63,498 bases of DNA, filler included, from Chiloscyllium plagiosum (GCF_004010195.1; 4 parts of one record of this genome joined end to end with filler, not necessarily neighbours in it), one strand, 5' to 3'; positions 11,870 to 25,599 are shown, counted from the first letter of the whole stretch. The notes: a model not told the origin generated them from the letters alone. A program made the numbers and translations.

Positions 11870-13090
11870 AGAAAGATAGAAAATGAGAACAAGAGTAGTC
11901 TATTTAACCCATTAAGCCTGCTCCATCATTCAATATGATGATGGCTGATCAGCCAATTCTGTACTCTATTCCTGCATGTGTCTCAGACCTTTTGATCCCT
12001 TTGGCCATATGAACTATATCTAACTCTTCCTTGGCAACATTCAGTATTCTGGCCTCAAACATTTTCTGTGGTGAGAATTCCACAGTCTCACTACTCTCAA
12101 GTGAAGAAAGTTGTCCTCATCTCACTCCAAAGTAGCCATTCTGTATCCTTGGATTGTGATCCCTAGTTCTGGACTTCCTAGTCATTGGGAAATTCTTCCT
12201 GCATTTACCCTGTCTGGTTTTGTTAGATTTGTATAGGTTTCTATAAACCTATTCATTCTTTTAAACTCCAGTCAACTATCGTCCTAACCGAACCAGGTAC
12301 TTCATATGTCAGTCTTGCCATCCCAGGAATCAGTCTGGTAAACCTTTGTTGTACTCCATCCATGGCCAGAGTATCTTGCTCAGATAAAGAGTCTAAAACT
12401 GCATACAATACTTCAGTTGTGGTACACCAAGGCTCTTTGTAATTGCAGCAAAATATCTCACTTATTTACTCAAATCCTTGTACATTGAAGGCCAATATAC
12501 CATTTGCTGCCTTCACCTCCTGCTGTACTTGCATGCTACTTTCAGCGACTATTGCACAAGGATAATCTGGGTCTCTTACCATGCACAACCCTCTATCTAT
12601 ATTCAGATGATAACCTGCCTTTTTGGTTTTGCTACCAAAGTGGATAATCTCACATTTATATACACTATACATCATCTAGGACCATATGAAATAGAGACAG
12701 GACCCACTTGAGCTTGCTTTCCATTCAGTAGAATCATAGCTAATCTGACAGAGAGTGGTAGGTGCCTGAATGCATTGCCAGGATATTGGTGGAAGCTGAT
12801 ATGACAGGGGCATTTAAGGAGCTTTTAGATAGGCACATGAATAAGCAAGGAATGGAGGGATATGGACAGTGGGCAGGCAAAGGGATTAGTTTAATTTGGC
12901 ATCATGTTTGGCACAACGTCGTGTGCACTTATCCACATTATACTATATCTGCCATGCATTTTCCTTCTTACACAACTCCTCTAATCTTCCTGCCAAAGTA
13001 CAAAACCTCATTTATTCCCACATTATGTTATACCTGCCAAGTTGATACACATTCACTTCATATGTCTATATCTCTGTAGACGCTTTGTGT
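11870..13090. mobile_element. CR1 LINE fragments (mostly - strand; + strand 3' end at about 12750-12920)
   Basis: KCEIIHFG...KAANGILAF (12466-12675) and AFKELLDRHMN. Confidence 0.75.
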
Positions 13091-13099
13091 CAGCCACTG

Positions 13100-13460
13100 A
13101 AGGGGAGGTGACGGTATAATGATATTGTCACTGAATTGTTAATTCAGAGACCTAGGTAACATTCTGGGGACCTGGGATTGAATCAGCCATGGCAGATGGT
13201 GGAATTTGAATTTAATTAATATCTGGAATTAAGAATCTAATGATGACCATGAATCGGTTGTCGATTATCAGAAAAATCCACCTAGTTCACTAATGTCCTT
13301 TAGGGAAAGAAACTGCCATCCTTACCTAGTCTGGCTTACATTTAACTCCAGACCCACACCAATGGGTTTGACTCTCAACTACCCCCAGGGCAATGAATGA
13401 TGGGCAATAAATATGGGCCTAGCCAGCGATATACTCATCCTGTGAATGAATAAGGAAAAA
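13100..13460 (+). mobile_element. tRNA-derived SINE with LINE-derived 3' tail
   Basis: Degenerate tRNA-like head and central CACTAATGTCCTTTAGGGAAAGAAACTGCC block. The tail GGGCAATAAAT...CCAGCG...CATCC resembles the LINE 3' end at 40786-40850. Confidence 0.75.
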
Positions 13461-13511
13461 ATCCTCTTGTTTTGAATGATTTTATACCGATGTTTGTGTC
13501 ACACACAAACT

Positions 13512-14171
13512 TGTGTGACAATGTTGTTCCTTTAACAAGGTTATGCTCTCGTTGGCTTTTTTTTCATTGAGGTTGTAAAAGCAGCAATTCCAAAAATTCT
13601 GGGTTTGAAGAGTTTTAGGGCCAGTTTGATTATAGCTAACAGATACTGCCTCAAGAAAAAGGCTTTCAAGTTTAAAACAAAACACTGTACAATGAAAGGG
13701 GAGTGGCCAGTTCTCCCAGCTCAGCTTTTCTTTGGTTTGGTTTGGTTTTAGCACTCTGGCAGTTCACCAAGCAGGCTGTCAGTTTTGAGGCTGCTGATCC
13801 AAGAAACAGCTACATAGAAGAGGGTGTTCCATGCTGAATCTCTCTGCCATCTCTCCTGCAAGACTCTGTGTTTGATTTTACCTTTTGTACCAAAGAGTGT
13901 TTATGGGGATTGTTGCAAGTATTTGGAACAGCATCATTAAGTTAGGATAATCTGTTGAATTTTTAGATATGTTAAGTTATTTTATATTCTGTTCTCTTTT
14001 GTTTGTGTTTCATTCAGTAATCTTGAAAATAAATTCTGTTTTGCTTAAGGCTAAGTCGTTTGACCAGCTGCATCACTCCTGGAATATCCGCAATACACCT
14101 GATTAAAACAACTTGCAATGTTAGGGTCTGAGCTACTTTCTTGAAATCTGTTGAGGGGGTCTGGCCTGACA
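13512..14171 (+). mobile_element. Solo LTR, Gmr1-like Gypsy family
   Basis: TG...CA ends. Shares blocks with LTR 1135-1700 (GAGTGGCCAGTTCTCCCAG, AATAAA, GTTAGGGTCT, GAGGGGGTC). Confidence 0.75.
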
Positions 14172-16680
14172 CCTGGCAATGGTAAATTCTTTTCCCTCAT
14201 CCAAGTCATAGATATATGTTGTAAATAATTGTGACCCCAGCATTGATCCCTGTGGCCTCCATTAATTCATGTTGTCATCCTGAAAATTCCCTCTTTATCC
14301 CAACTTTCTATTTTCTATTAGTAAGCCAACCTCCTGTCCATAGTAATACACTACCTCCAACATCCATATATGCAGTGTCTTATCAAATAGTTTTGTAAAT
14401 CCAAACATCAACTGGTTTCCCTTTACCTACCCTGCTTGTTGCCTCCTCAATTAATTGTAATGCATTTGTCAGGCAAGATTTCTCCTTCCTGAAGCTACTT
14501 TGTTGACTTTGCTTGATTATATTGTGTATTTCTAAATGCTGTGCTCTTGCACCTTTATTGCAGTATCCATTTTCCCAGTAACAGATGTTAACCTAACTGA
14601 CTTATAGTTACCTTTGCTTTTATCTCCCTCTCTTTTTAAATAAAGGTGTTACATTGCCAGCTTTCCAATCCTTTTAGACTTTTTCAGTATCTAAAGATTC
14701 TTGGAAGATTACAAGTGTATCAACTTTCGCTGCCTTTAGCCTACTACTTTTTCTCTAGTGTTGATTATTGTGTTTATTTCCCCCTCCTTTAGCTCGTAGG
14801 ACATAGAATAGTATAGCACAGTACAAGCACTTTGGTCTTCGATGTTGTGTCGACCTTTTATCCTGCTCTAAGATCAAAATAACCTACATACCCTTCATTT
14901 TACTTTGATCTATGTGCCTATCCAACAGTTGCTTAAATGTCCCTCATGTATCTGACTCCACTACCACTGCTGGCAGTGCATTCCATGCACCCACCATTCC
15001 TTGTGTAAAGAACCCAATTCTGAAATCTGCCCGAAATCTTCCTCCAATCACCTTAAAATTATGCCCCCTCATGATAGCCATTCCACCCTGGGAAAAGTCT
15101 CTGGCTATTCACTCTATCTATCTATGCCTCTCATGATCTTGTACACCTCTATCCAATCACCTCTCATCCTTCTTCAATTTAATGATAAAAGCTCTAACTC
15201 CCTCAACCTTTCTTCATAAGACATGCCTTCCAGGCAAGGCAGTATCCTTCTGCACCCTTTCCAAAGCTTCCACATCCTTCATATAATGAGGCGACCAGAA
15301 CTGAAGGCAATATTTCAAGTGTGGTCTAACCAGGGCATCATAGAGCTGCAGCATAACCTTGCAGCTCTGAAACTCAATTCCCCAGCTAATGAAAGCCAAT
15401 ACATCATACACTTTCTTAATAATCCTATCAACTTGGATGGCAGCTTTGAGGGATCGATTCATGTGGACCCCAAGATCTCTCTGTTCTTCCAGACTGCCAA
15501 GAATCCTGCCTTTAACCCTATGTTCAGCATTCAAATTTGACCTTCCAAAATGAATAAATTCACACTTTTCCAGGTTGAACTCCATCTGCCACTTCTCAGT
15601 CCAGCTCTGCATCCTGTCAATGTCCCAATGCAACCTATAATATCCCTCCATACTATCCACAACTCCACCAATCTTCATGTCATCAGCAAACGTACTAACC
15701 TGTCCTTCCACTTCCTCATCCAATTCAAAAATCACAAAGAATAGAGGTCCCTGAATAGAACCACTGTTCACCAAGCTCCAGGCTGAATACTTTCCATAAG
15801 ATCATAAGACATAGGAGCGGAAGTATCCGCGGGTCCTAGTCTCCTCGCCTAACGGAGACAATTTCCTAGCGTCCACCCTCTCTAAGCCATGTATTATCTT
15901 GTAAGTTTCTATTAGATCTCCCCTTAATCTTCTAAACTCCAATGAATACAATCCCAGAATCCTCAACCGTTCCTCGTATGTCAGACCTACCATTCCAGGG
16001 ATCATCCGTGTGAATCACCGCTGGACACGCTCCAGTGCCAGTATGTCCTTCCTGAGGTGTGGGGACCAAAACTGGACACAGTACTCCAAATGGGGCCTAA
16101 CCAGAGCTTTATAAAGTCTCAGTAGCACAACAGTGCTTTTATATTCCAACCCCCTTGAGATACCATCAACTACCATCTTCTGTTCTCTATGGGCCAGCTA
16201 ACTTTGTATCCAAACAGCCAAATTTCCTTGTATCCTATCTCTCAGTACTTTCTGAATGAGCCTACCATGGGAACCTTATTAAACGCCTTTCTTAAATCCA
16301 TATGCACCACATCCACTGCTCTAACTTTCATCAATGTATTTTGTCACACCCTCAAAGAATTCAGTAAGGCTTGTGAGGCATGACTTGCCCCTCATAAAGT
16401 CTTGCAGACTATCTGTCAGCAAACTATGTTTTTCCAAATAATCATAAATCCTTGTCTCTCGGAATCCTCTCCAATATTTTGCCCACCACTGACGTAAGAC
16501 TGATTGGTCTGTAATTCCCAGGGTTATCCCTACTCCCTTTCTTGAACAAGGGAATAGCATTTATCACACTCCAAAATAATCTGGTACTACTCCAGTGGAC
16601 AGTGAGATCATTACCAAAGGCGCAACAAGCTCTTCCCTTGCTTCCTGTAGTAACTAAGGGTATATCCCATCTGGGTCCTT
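14172..16680 (-). mobile_element. Nested CR1 LINE RT and 3' fragments (younger copy inserted at about 15796-16160)
   Basis: FADDMKIGG, WQMEFN, PHLKYCLQFWSP and LGLYSLEFRRLRGDLIETYK; short tandem 3' tails. Confidence 0.88.
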
Positions 16681-18462
16681 GATTATTTAGTCTTTTTGGA
16701 ATGGTATTAATATCCTCTAACTAGAAGACTGGTGCAAACTATTTGTATAAGATTCAATAATCAGTCTTTTAGCTTTTGAAAATCCTTTGGGAATGAACCT
16801 TTTTTTGGCTTAAGTCCGTTTGGTTGAATTTGTGGAATGATTTTCACTGTGAGATCTAGCAAGTTTTATCTTACTACGTTTTCCACATTAATTACCAACC
16901 CCTTCCCTATGGCATCCATCACGTTTTTTGGCCCCATCTTACCACACCTCCTTCTAAGAACAACTCGACACACAACTGAAATTCCTGAATTTGGCAGCAA
17001 CTCTTTTGCGCCTGCCATCTTTAAAAGCCTGTTGTGTGGGGATCTAAGATGGCAGCGACCTAGGGCGATTGTGTTTGCCACAACATCGGCAGGACAGAAC
17101 TATAGCCTGCCCCATCCTCTTACTGTGAGTAAAAAAACTGTAAAAGAGCTACAGAATCTGAAAATTTTACTTAGTTTCGTTTTTGCTGTGGGAGAGTGCC
17201 GAAAAAAGCAAGTTCACCCAGGGCCGGGGCCATGGTGTGGGGCCGAGGAGCTTGCCAAATCTTGCGAGGTCTTCAGGTAGCAGATTGAAGAAAGAAAATC
17301 AAGGAAAAGTTGGCCCTGATCTCTGCTATGCTGCAAGACCTGGGGAAAAGAATTGATGAGCTCAAGTGCTGGACACAGGGGTGGAGGCAGAGGCTGATTC
17401 ATCCAAGAATCGGATTGATGCCCTGGAAACACAGGTCTGTGGTTTGCTGGTTCTGGTGGATGATCTTGAGAACAGGGGCAGAAGAAAGAACCTTTGTGTT
17501 GTTGGCTTGCCGGAGTTGACAGAAGGTGAGTGGCCAGTGGAATTCTTTGAGAAAGGGTTCCCGGAATTCCTTAGTTTGGAGGCTGAAAAGGGAAGGATTA
17601 AGATTGAGAGAGTCCACTGGGTCAAGGCACAAAGGCCAGGAATGGACCAGCGCTCTCACCCTGTCCTGGTATGGTTCCATCGTTATAAAGACAAACAGAG
17701 TCATGGAAGTTTCCAGACCCCAAGGGAAGGATCCGAGAGTGTTGGTGTGCCAGGGCTCCAGGGTCATGCTTTTCCAAGACTTTACAATGGCGGTGATTTG
17801 GAAAAGGAAGTCCTATGAAAGCATCAAGAAGAGTCTGAGAGAGCTCAGGATCCAGTACTCTCTAAGATGTCCAGCAGTGCTTTGGATTAATTATGATGGA
17901 TCTGTACGTTTATTTGATTCACCAGACAAAGCGAGGAACTTTGTGAACACGCTTGACTTAAACTGGATGATTGAAAAGGCACAGATAACAGAGTTGTTCG
18001 GGTTTTTCCTACTATAGCGAGGACTTGGTGTACTCTCCTTTTGTGGGAAATAAGTTGCGCTAAATTATGCTCGGGATGGATAGAGTATTTATCTTTAATT
18101 TCTGAGTTATACCAAGGGGTGGTTGACGTACCTACTTTTAACTATATTACTAATCTTGTTGTTTCCTACTTGGTTGCCTGTGTTTGTGGTGCAACCCTAG
18201 TTAGTAGGAGTTAAGAGGGTAGTGGAGATGGCTAGTAGGGTTTTGGCATGTGTAGGTGCCATTGAATGGGGGGGGGGGGTAGGGGTAAATTCTTCTAATC
18301 AGTGTCTTTGGGGCTTTTTTGTTTTTGGTGTAAATAGGTTTTGCAAGTTTTGTAGGTTTGTGGGTTGTTTTTGTGTTTTATGGACCTTCTTGTACTGAAG
18401 TTCAATGATTCGTAGTTCGAGTTCTCTCTCTCTGGAGTCTAACTGGTGCTGTAGAATGTTAT

Positions 18463-18640
18463 AGTGGTGCTGGAAAAGCACAGGTCAGGCAGCATCTGAG
18501 AATGGCTGATTCCTGATAAAGCGCTTTTGCCCGTAACGTCGATTTTCCTGCTCCTCGGATGCTGCCTGACCTGCTGTGCTTTTCTAGCACCACTCTAATC
18601 TTGACTCTGATCTCTAGCATCTGCAGTCCTCACTTTCACC
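18463..18640. mobile_element. Short Penelope-derived foldback element with degenerate hammerhead
   Basis: TSD CTGTAGAA(T/G)GTTAT on both sides. Inverted GTGGTGCTGGAAAAGCACAG arms, and CTGATAA...GCCCGTAACGTC. Confidence 0.75.
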
Positions 18641-19917
18641 CTGTAGAAGGTTATGACTAAGGATGTGTTCACATTGTGAACCTGGGACATTAAGGCGAGT
18701 CACTCGCCAGTCAAGAGGAAGAAGGTACTTTCCAGTCTTAAAAAGGAGAGGGCGGATGTTGCCTTTTGCAAGAAACACACCTAGATGATGCAGAGCATCT
18801 GAAACTGCAACAGAATGGGAAAGAATATGGGACCTGAAATATTTGTTATCCTCCAGCTCATCCCCTCAAGTTCTTGGTAGATGCATTTTCTCAACTGGTT
18901 AACCTCACATCTCAGCATATTATCAAGGTGGGGGGGTGATTTTAATTTCTAATAGACCCTACGGTGGGTAGAATACCCAAAGGCCCCCCGATATCTTCCT
19001 CACAATCGAAGCAATTAAGGCATGTGTATGTTTAACTAGTACTGCGTAGATATTTGGAGGCACTTTCATCCTACTGGCAGGGATTTTACGTTTTTCTTGA
19101 ATCCGCACAAATGCCATACCAGGGTTGATCTCTTTTGGACTTCCACTGCACATTTGGTCTTGATGATGTCGTGTACAGTCAGCAATATCACTATCATGCT
19201 CCAATGTATCTAATGATCGAGTCAGGACACCATGGTAGGTTCAAGGCACTGGCGACTGGACCCTTCAATCATAAAAATAGCAAGTTTACTGAATTCTTTT
19301 CTGCTGAATTTGGGCTTTTTTAAACATAAATTCAGACTCGGACTGTAATCCATCCATTCTCTGGGAAACTTCTAAAGCCTATGCTCGGGGTTAGTTATTT
19401 CCTATTCCGCCAGTAAGAAATGGCAGAAAGGTGAGCAGCAAGACCCTTGCTCAAGACACATCTGAAGGCAGCCGAAAAGACATACTTTGATAGCCCCTCA
19501 TTGGCTAAACTGCCAAGGATCACAGCGCTTCAGTCCACACTGAACTCCAAGTTCACACAGACAGCTAAGTGCGATCTTACATTTGCAAAACAAAGGCTGT
19601 TTGAACATGGGGATAAGCTGGGCAAGTACTTAGCGTATATTGCTAGGAAAAGGAAATCTAACCCATGATTCTAAAAGGATCAATGCAGCATATCGGAAAT
19701 TTTACTCCGAACTGTACCAGTCTGAAAGTTGTGAGGATGGGCGGGTTAGGATGGAGTATTTTTTTCGGAATTTGGACCTCGCCGGCAGTGACTCCAGAGC
19801 AAGAGTCTCTCCTTAGTGCCCTGTTGTAGGTGCAGGAGGCTGTGAGGGAGCTTCAGAATGAAAAGGCACCTGGTCCTGACACACTTCCAAGTAAGGTTTT
19901 TAAGGAATTTATAAGTA

Positions 19918-21425
19918 CAGGGGAACCTCGATTATCCGAATGAGATGGGCGGGCACGATTTCATTCGGATAATCGATTATTTGGTCAATTGATTAAATGC
20001 CTTTCCTTTGGGGCTCGGTGTTTTTGAAATCTGCTCCCCATTCAGGAGACTGCAGAAGCACACAGCATGCGAGCAAACCCCCCCCACCACCCCCGTTCAA
20101 CACCGCCCCCAACTCTGTCCAACACTGCCCATCCTGTCCCCAGCCAACACAGCCNNNNNNNNNNNNNNNNNNNNNNNNNNNNNNNNNNNNNNNNNNNNNN
20201 NNNNNNNNNNNNNNNNNNNNNNNNNNNNNNNNNNNNNNNNNNNNNNNNNNNNNNNNNNNNNNNNNNNNNNNNNNNNNNNNNNNNNNNNNNNNNNNNNNNN
20301 NNNNNNNNNNNNNNNNNNNNNNNNNNNNNNNNNNNNNNNNNNNNNNNNNNNNNNNNNNNNNNNNNNNNNNNNNNNNNNNNNNNNNNNNNNNNNNNNNNNN
20401 NNNNNNNNNNNNNNNNNNNNNNNNNNNNNNNNNNNNNNNNNNNNNNNNNNNNNNNNNNNNNNNNNNNNNNNNNNNNNNNNNNNNNNNNNNNNNNNNNNNN
20501 NNNNNNNNNNNNNNNNNNNNNNNNNNNNNNNNNNNNNNNNNNNNNNNNNNNNNNNNNNNNNNNNNNNNNNNNNNNNNNNNNNNNNNNNNNNNNNNNNNNN
20601 NNNNNNNNNNNNNNNNNNNNNNNNNNNNNNNNNNNNNNNNNNNNNNNNNNNNNNNNNNNNNNNNNNNNNNNNNNNNNNNNNNNNNNNNNNNNNNNNNNNN
20701 NNNNNNNNNNNNNNNNNNNNNNNNNNNNNNNNNNNNNNNNNNNNNNNNNNNNNNNNNNNNNNNNNNNNNNNNNNNNNNNNNNNNNNNNNNNNNNNNNNNN
20801 NNNNNNNNNNNNNNNNNNNNNNNNNNNNNNNNNNNNNNNNNNNNNNNNNNNNNNNNNNNNNNNNNNNNNNNNNNNNNNNNNNNNNNNNNNNNNNNNNNNN
20901 NNNNNNNNNNNNNNNNNNNNNNNNNNNNNNNNNNNNNNNNNNNNNNNNNNNNNNNNNNNNNNNNNNNNNNNNNNNNNNNNNNNNNNNNNNNNNNNNCCCA
21001 TACCTGTCCAACACTGCCCCCGCCCCCTCTCCCGTGCAGCCAGACTAGACACCAACAATAAGACTGCTGCTGTTGCCTTTGTGGGGTAAGCCTCCAAATA
21101 ACACACACACACACACACAGCAACCTTTTGACAGGATCCACCTCTGCCCTGCAGGACAATGGTGGTCAGATTATCTGGAGAAGGCGGGACAGGGGGAGTG
21201 CGGTTTAGGGTATACCCCTCTGTAGAACTCCAGGGAAAGTGTGGGGAGAGAGTAGGGACCAGAGGTCAGTCATTTGGAGATGGTGCCTGTTTAATCCTGT
21301 AAACAAAAGACGCGATCACTGTTAGAAGCACGTCTTTGATGTAATGTTACTATCGGGACCTCGAGATCTTCTTTGGATTATCCAGTTTTCGGATAATTGG
21401 TATTCGGATAATCAAGGTTCCTCTG
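19918..21425. mobile_element. Pogo/Tigger-like (Tc1-mariner superfamily) DNA element spanning a gap
   Basis: TIRs CAGGGGAACCTCGATTATCCGAA / TTCGGATAATCAAGGTTCCTCTG with a TA TSD. The L1 ORF2 frame (KEFIS-ILPGPML) rejoins across it. Confidence 0.88.
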
Positions 21426-22115
21426 TATACTGCCAGGACCAATGCTTAGTATGTTTATCAGTTCACATTGTCATGGCCTCTTCCCGCCATATTTAAGAGA
21501 GGCATACATCTCTCTTATCCTTAAAAAATAAGAAGACCCCTGAGGACTGTGCCTCCTATAGGCTCATCTCACTTCTGAATGTTGATTTCAAGATCCTATC
21601 TAAGACTCTTGCACTAAGACCAGAAACTGCGCTGTCCTCCATCATTAAGGAGAATCAGATAGGTTTTATAAAAGGCCGCAGATTGTTGAATAATTTCAGG
21701 AGGCTACTTAATTTGATCCAAGAATGTCAACAACGATTGGTACAGGGATTAGTGATCTCTTCAGATGTGTAGAAGGCATTGACCTATGCTCGAGTGGTTA
21801 TATCTTTTTTATACTTTAAAGCGGTTTGGCTTGGGCGAGGTCTTTATCAAATGGGTAAAGGTATTGTATAGTGACCCTCGTGCCGTGGTCCTTACCAAAG
21901 GTGCGAAGTCAAGCAATTTCAATATTTTTAGGGGTAACCCTTATCACCATTGCTTTTCACACTGGTGATTGAACAGCTGGTGGAGGCAATACGTAGGGAT
22001 CCCAATATATCTGCTCCAGAAGTGGGGACAAAGTCACATAAGATTGCATCGTATGCAGACGGTGTTCTTGTCTTTTTATCAAACCTGACAGTTTCGGTGA
22101 CTCATCTGATATAAT

Positions 22116-22746
22116 GTGTAAGAAATGGGGAAATGTGTTTTTGCAGAAATAGAAAAGCAAGAGAGTGTATGCGCAGAAAAGGAGTACAAGAAAAATATCA
22201 GCTAAGCAAGCATTAGGGAAGTGTGTCTTTATCTTTAATGAATAACTGTGGATAATTAAATACTAACTTTAGTGCAGAATTATTAGAGCAAATAATTAAA
22301 TAATAGTCTCAGCAAAAGCAAAATAGCTGAGACAGCTGAAACGCATAAACCAAGTATGAAAAGATACATTGTTAAAATGTATGTTTAGGAATGGAAAGTA
22401 CGTTTGAACAATGGAAGATGTTACAAGCAAAGTAAAAGAACATCAAGATACAAGTTTAGCCTTATGTCAGCATTTACAGAGGGAAAGGTTGCCAACTTGG
22501 AGAAAAGGGGGCAATAAGGACGGAGCGCAGCTGGGTAGTGGTTGAATACAATAAAAAGACTGGGTAATGTAAGAGTCGGGAGAGGTGACCTCACGCAGCT
22601 CAAAAGTATAACTGTGTACTAGTTTGAATGTTCATTGCTCAATTGCTTCTGCATTTGATGCCCTTTCTTGCAAGATCGTAAAATAAATTGTCTTGTTTCC
22701 AGTTTTGGTGGTCTCGTCTAAATTTTATTAAATTTTGTTTCTAACA
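22116..22746 (+). repeat. ERV 5' LTR
   Basis: TG...TTCTAACA ends, AATAAA at about 22682. The first ~250 bp are repeated at 28612-28864. Confidence 0.9.
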
Positions 22747-22750
22747 GATT

Positions 22751-22770
22751 TGGTGGCTCTTTCCGGGATC
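22751..22770 (+). promoter_or_regulatory. ERV primer-binding site, probably tRNA-Ile-like
   Basis: TGGTGGCTCTTTCCGGGATC, 4 nt after the LTR. 16/20 match to the recalled tRNA-Ile PBS TGGTGGCCCGTACGGGGATC. Confidence 0.65.
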
Positions 22771-22969
22771 CCAAGCTCCGGTTGCTCGGCATTCTTGGAG
22801 AAACGGAGAAGGTGCACCTCACTGATTTCGGCGATCTCTAGTTTCCTCTTGTTGCTGCGGCGGCTTTGGGTGAGCGTGATCCGGACTGAGAGACCCTGGA
22901 ACGGGCAGACGGGTTTGGTTGGGTGACTCTTGTGTGCACAAGACCCGGGTAAGAAAGGTCTTAAAAGAT

Positions 22970-23390
22970 TTATCCGGGCGACCGGAGTAGGCAGTGGTAT
23001 TTGCCGCCAGTTGGATATATCCGGAGAACCGGGGTTCTGGGCGACTGGATTAGGCGAATCTGGTCAACCAGGGTAGGCAGCAGTTGTTACTGCTACCAGT
23101 TGGATATATCCGGGTGACCGACAGCGGTATTTGCTGCCAGGTGGACATATCCAGGGAACTGGGGTTCTGGGCGACTGGATTAGGCGAATCCGGTCAACCA
23201 GGGTAGGCAGCGATTGATACTGCTGCCAGGTGGATATGTCCAGGTGACCGACAGCGGTATTTGCTGCCAAGTGGATATATCCAGGGATCCTGGGAACTGG
23301 GGTTCTGGGCGACTGGGTTAGGCGAACCCGGTCGACCAGGGTAGGCAGCGGTTGTTACCGCTGCCAGGTGGATATATCCAGGTATTGCCG
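22970..23390 (+). repeat. About three copies of a ~130-bp tandem repeat in the ERV leader
   Basis: GGGGTTCTGGGCGACTGG(A/G)TTAGGCGAA recurs at about 23031, 23161 and 23299. Confidence 0.9.
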
Positions 23391-23729
23391 CGGGACGGAG
23401 TACGCTGATTCGACCAGGTAACTCTTGTGCACAGACCAAGGTATGAAAATGGACCTTTAAGTATTGCCTTGGTGGTCGGGCATGTACGAGAATTACGGGG
23501 AATTGGCAACACATAAATTAAGGTATTTCAGTGGCTAGATTAATCTGATGAGTAAGGTATCTACCTGATTCGAACACCCAGCCTTAGACCGGTTGTTAAG
23601 AGGGGAAATCCCCCACGCGAAGGTCAGGACCCTGAAGTGGGTGTGGAAGAAGGTGACATCGGACCTCAGTAAGGTTAATTAAATTACATAAAGAAACAGC
23701 CGAGTATTAGTTGTTTAAGTGTCAAAGGA

Positions 23730-25150
23730 GACATGATCGGGATGTCCAAGGACCACATCCCAATGGACAATCCTTTAGGAAAAATGTTAAGAGGTTGAAA
23801 GTACAATCCTCGGACGCGAGGAAATGATAAAAAAAAGGATAAAATGTCAATTGAAAACAGCCTTACAGTCAGGAGGAATCAGATTATGCTTTGTGTCAGA
23901 AGGGCTAGTAGTTGAAGGGCTACTGAGGGTACACTTCGTAACTAATTTATAGCCATACATCCAGAAAATATACAAAAGCTATAGGATTTGTTGCGGGAAG
24001 CTCAAAGTGTCTGTGAGATACGTTGTCTGTGTGTGTGTGTGAGAGAGAGGGAGAGAAAAAGCTGTACAGCTAACAGAAAGTTTAACCCTTTGTGATTCGG
24101 TTTGAGTGCAAATTTGTTTGTTGGTGATTGAGTGTTTGCGCTTTGTTCCCTGGAGCTTGAGATCCGGGACTATTTTGAATCTGATTTCTATTATGGAAAT
24201 TTTAACATGATTTCTTTTAAGGTTAAGGATTTTGCAGATTAACTTGAATAGACAAATCCTTTTTAAGGCAGCTCTGGTTATTTCACGACCTATAGCTTTG
24301 TAATTGAGCAATGATACTTACAATGACTGGTCAGGACTACTTGAGAGGACTAGTTTTGGATTTAAATCAGGGTGGAACCCGGTGATTGTGGTGGATTTCA
24401 GAGTTGGGAACTGTGTGCATTTTGCATTTTGAATATTAAACACTGAATAAATGAATTTATGATATATAAGTATATATTTACAAGTAAGATTCCAAAATGT
24501 ATAGTTAGGAACAGGCTTTAAAGAAAAGCAAGCATAAATTGATAAATTGTATTTGAGATTACAGGGAGCAAGAAATATTGCAAAATTTCTTTTTAAAAAA
24601 ATCAAGGTCTAAACAAAACATGAGGAATGACCATGAGGTGGCCCTAAAGCTGTTCACTTGGTTAAATCGGCTCAGCAATTGATCTGGCAACGTAACATGA
24701 GAAGCAGAAACAGAAGGCAAAAATAATGATAGCCACGGTTGATGAGGTAATAAAGAAAAGGACAAAACTAAAAGGAGAAGGAAACCAGAATGGTGACGGG
24801 CAGCATGTTGAAAATAAAGGGAGGAGAAGGGATCGGGGCAGAGATGTTAAGGGGTCTGGTAGACAGGAACAAGGATCAAAGTGGAAATCCCCACAGGCGG
24901 GATGTTATTAATGTAGAAAGACAGGTCACTTTAAGAGAGAGTGTCCAGATCCAAAAAAGGAAGTAAAGGCAGTGCTGTTTATGAACCTTGATAAAATAGG
25001 GGTGTCAGGAGTTTCTGCCCCCAGGAACCCACCAGGAACCCTTGATAAATTTAAAGGTGGGACCTTACAAAGAGGACGTAGTTTTCCTAGTCGATACGGG
25101 GGGCAGCAAGGTCATCCTTAAAATTTAAGCCCAAGGGAGTGGGAACGAAA
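23730..25150 (+). pseudogene. gag: ERV gag-pro remnants
   Basis: HIPMDNPLGKML (matrix), zinc knuckle CY*CRKTGHFKREC (about 24900-24945), TAG-GGG gag/pro junction (24997), HQEPLINLKVGP...FLVDTG (protease). Confidence 0.8.
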
Positions 25151-25599
25151 AAATTAATTGGATTATGGCAGCAGTTTTGTGATGAGAGGCACGAAGAATC
25201 AGTTTTGTGCTCATGACGAGATACTGCCACCAAATTGGGGATTGAATTAACTGCAAATGGTGCTATGGAATCTGTTGCGGTTCTTAAAAATGAATGTGCT
25301 CGAGCAAAACAATTACAGAAACAGAATGAGAAGTCACAAGTGACTGGTAAACAAACAGAACTGCGCGATTACAGTTGTTAAAATGTTTTAGTCACTTGTT
25401 GCGTTTCCACCCTGAATTATATAATATATATAATTAATAATTAATATTTATAATAAATCAATTGTGTTAGCCTGAATCAATATTAATTGGCAGGATTCCT
25501 TCACACATTCTCAGTGACCTGTCATATTGATTTATGGTTAATTTAAAACATGACTGCATTAATTAATTGTTAATTAAAGAATGGAAAGCTACATTACTG

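Larger units (their letters stand above)
17036..22115 (+). mobile_element. L1-clade LINE (5' UTR, ORF1, ORF2 EN and RT up to the YADD motif), degenerate and interrupted
   Basis: Starts with AAGATGGC. ORF1 has DDLENRGRRKNLCVVGLPE. ORF2 has VKRKKVLSSLKKERADVA, LWETSKAYARG, KAPGPD, SYRLISLLNVDFKILSK and SYADGVL. Confidence 0.9.
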
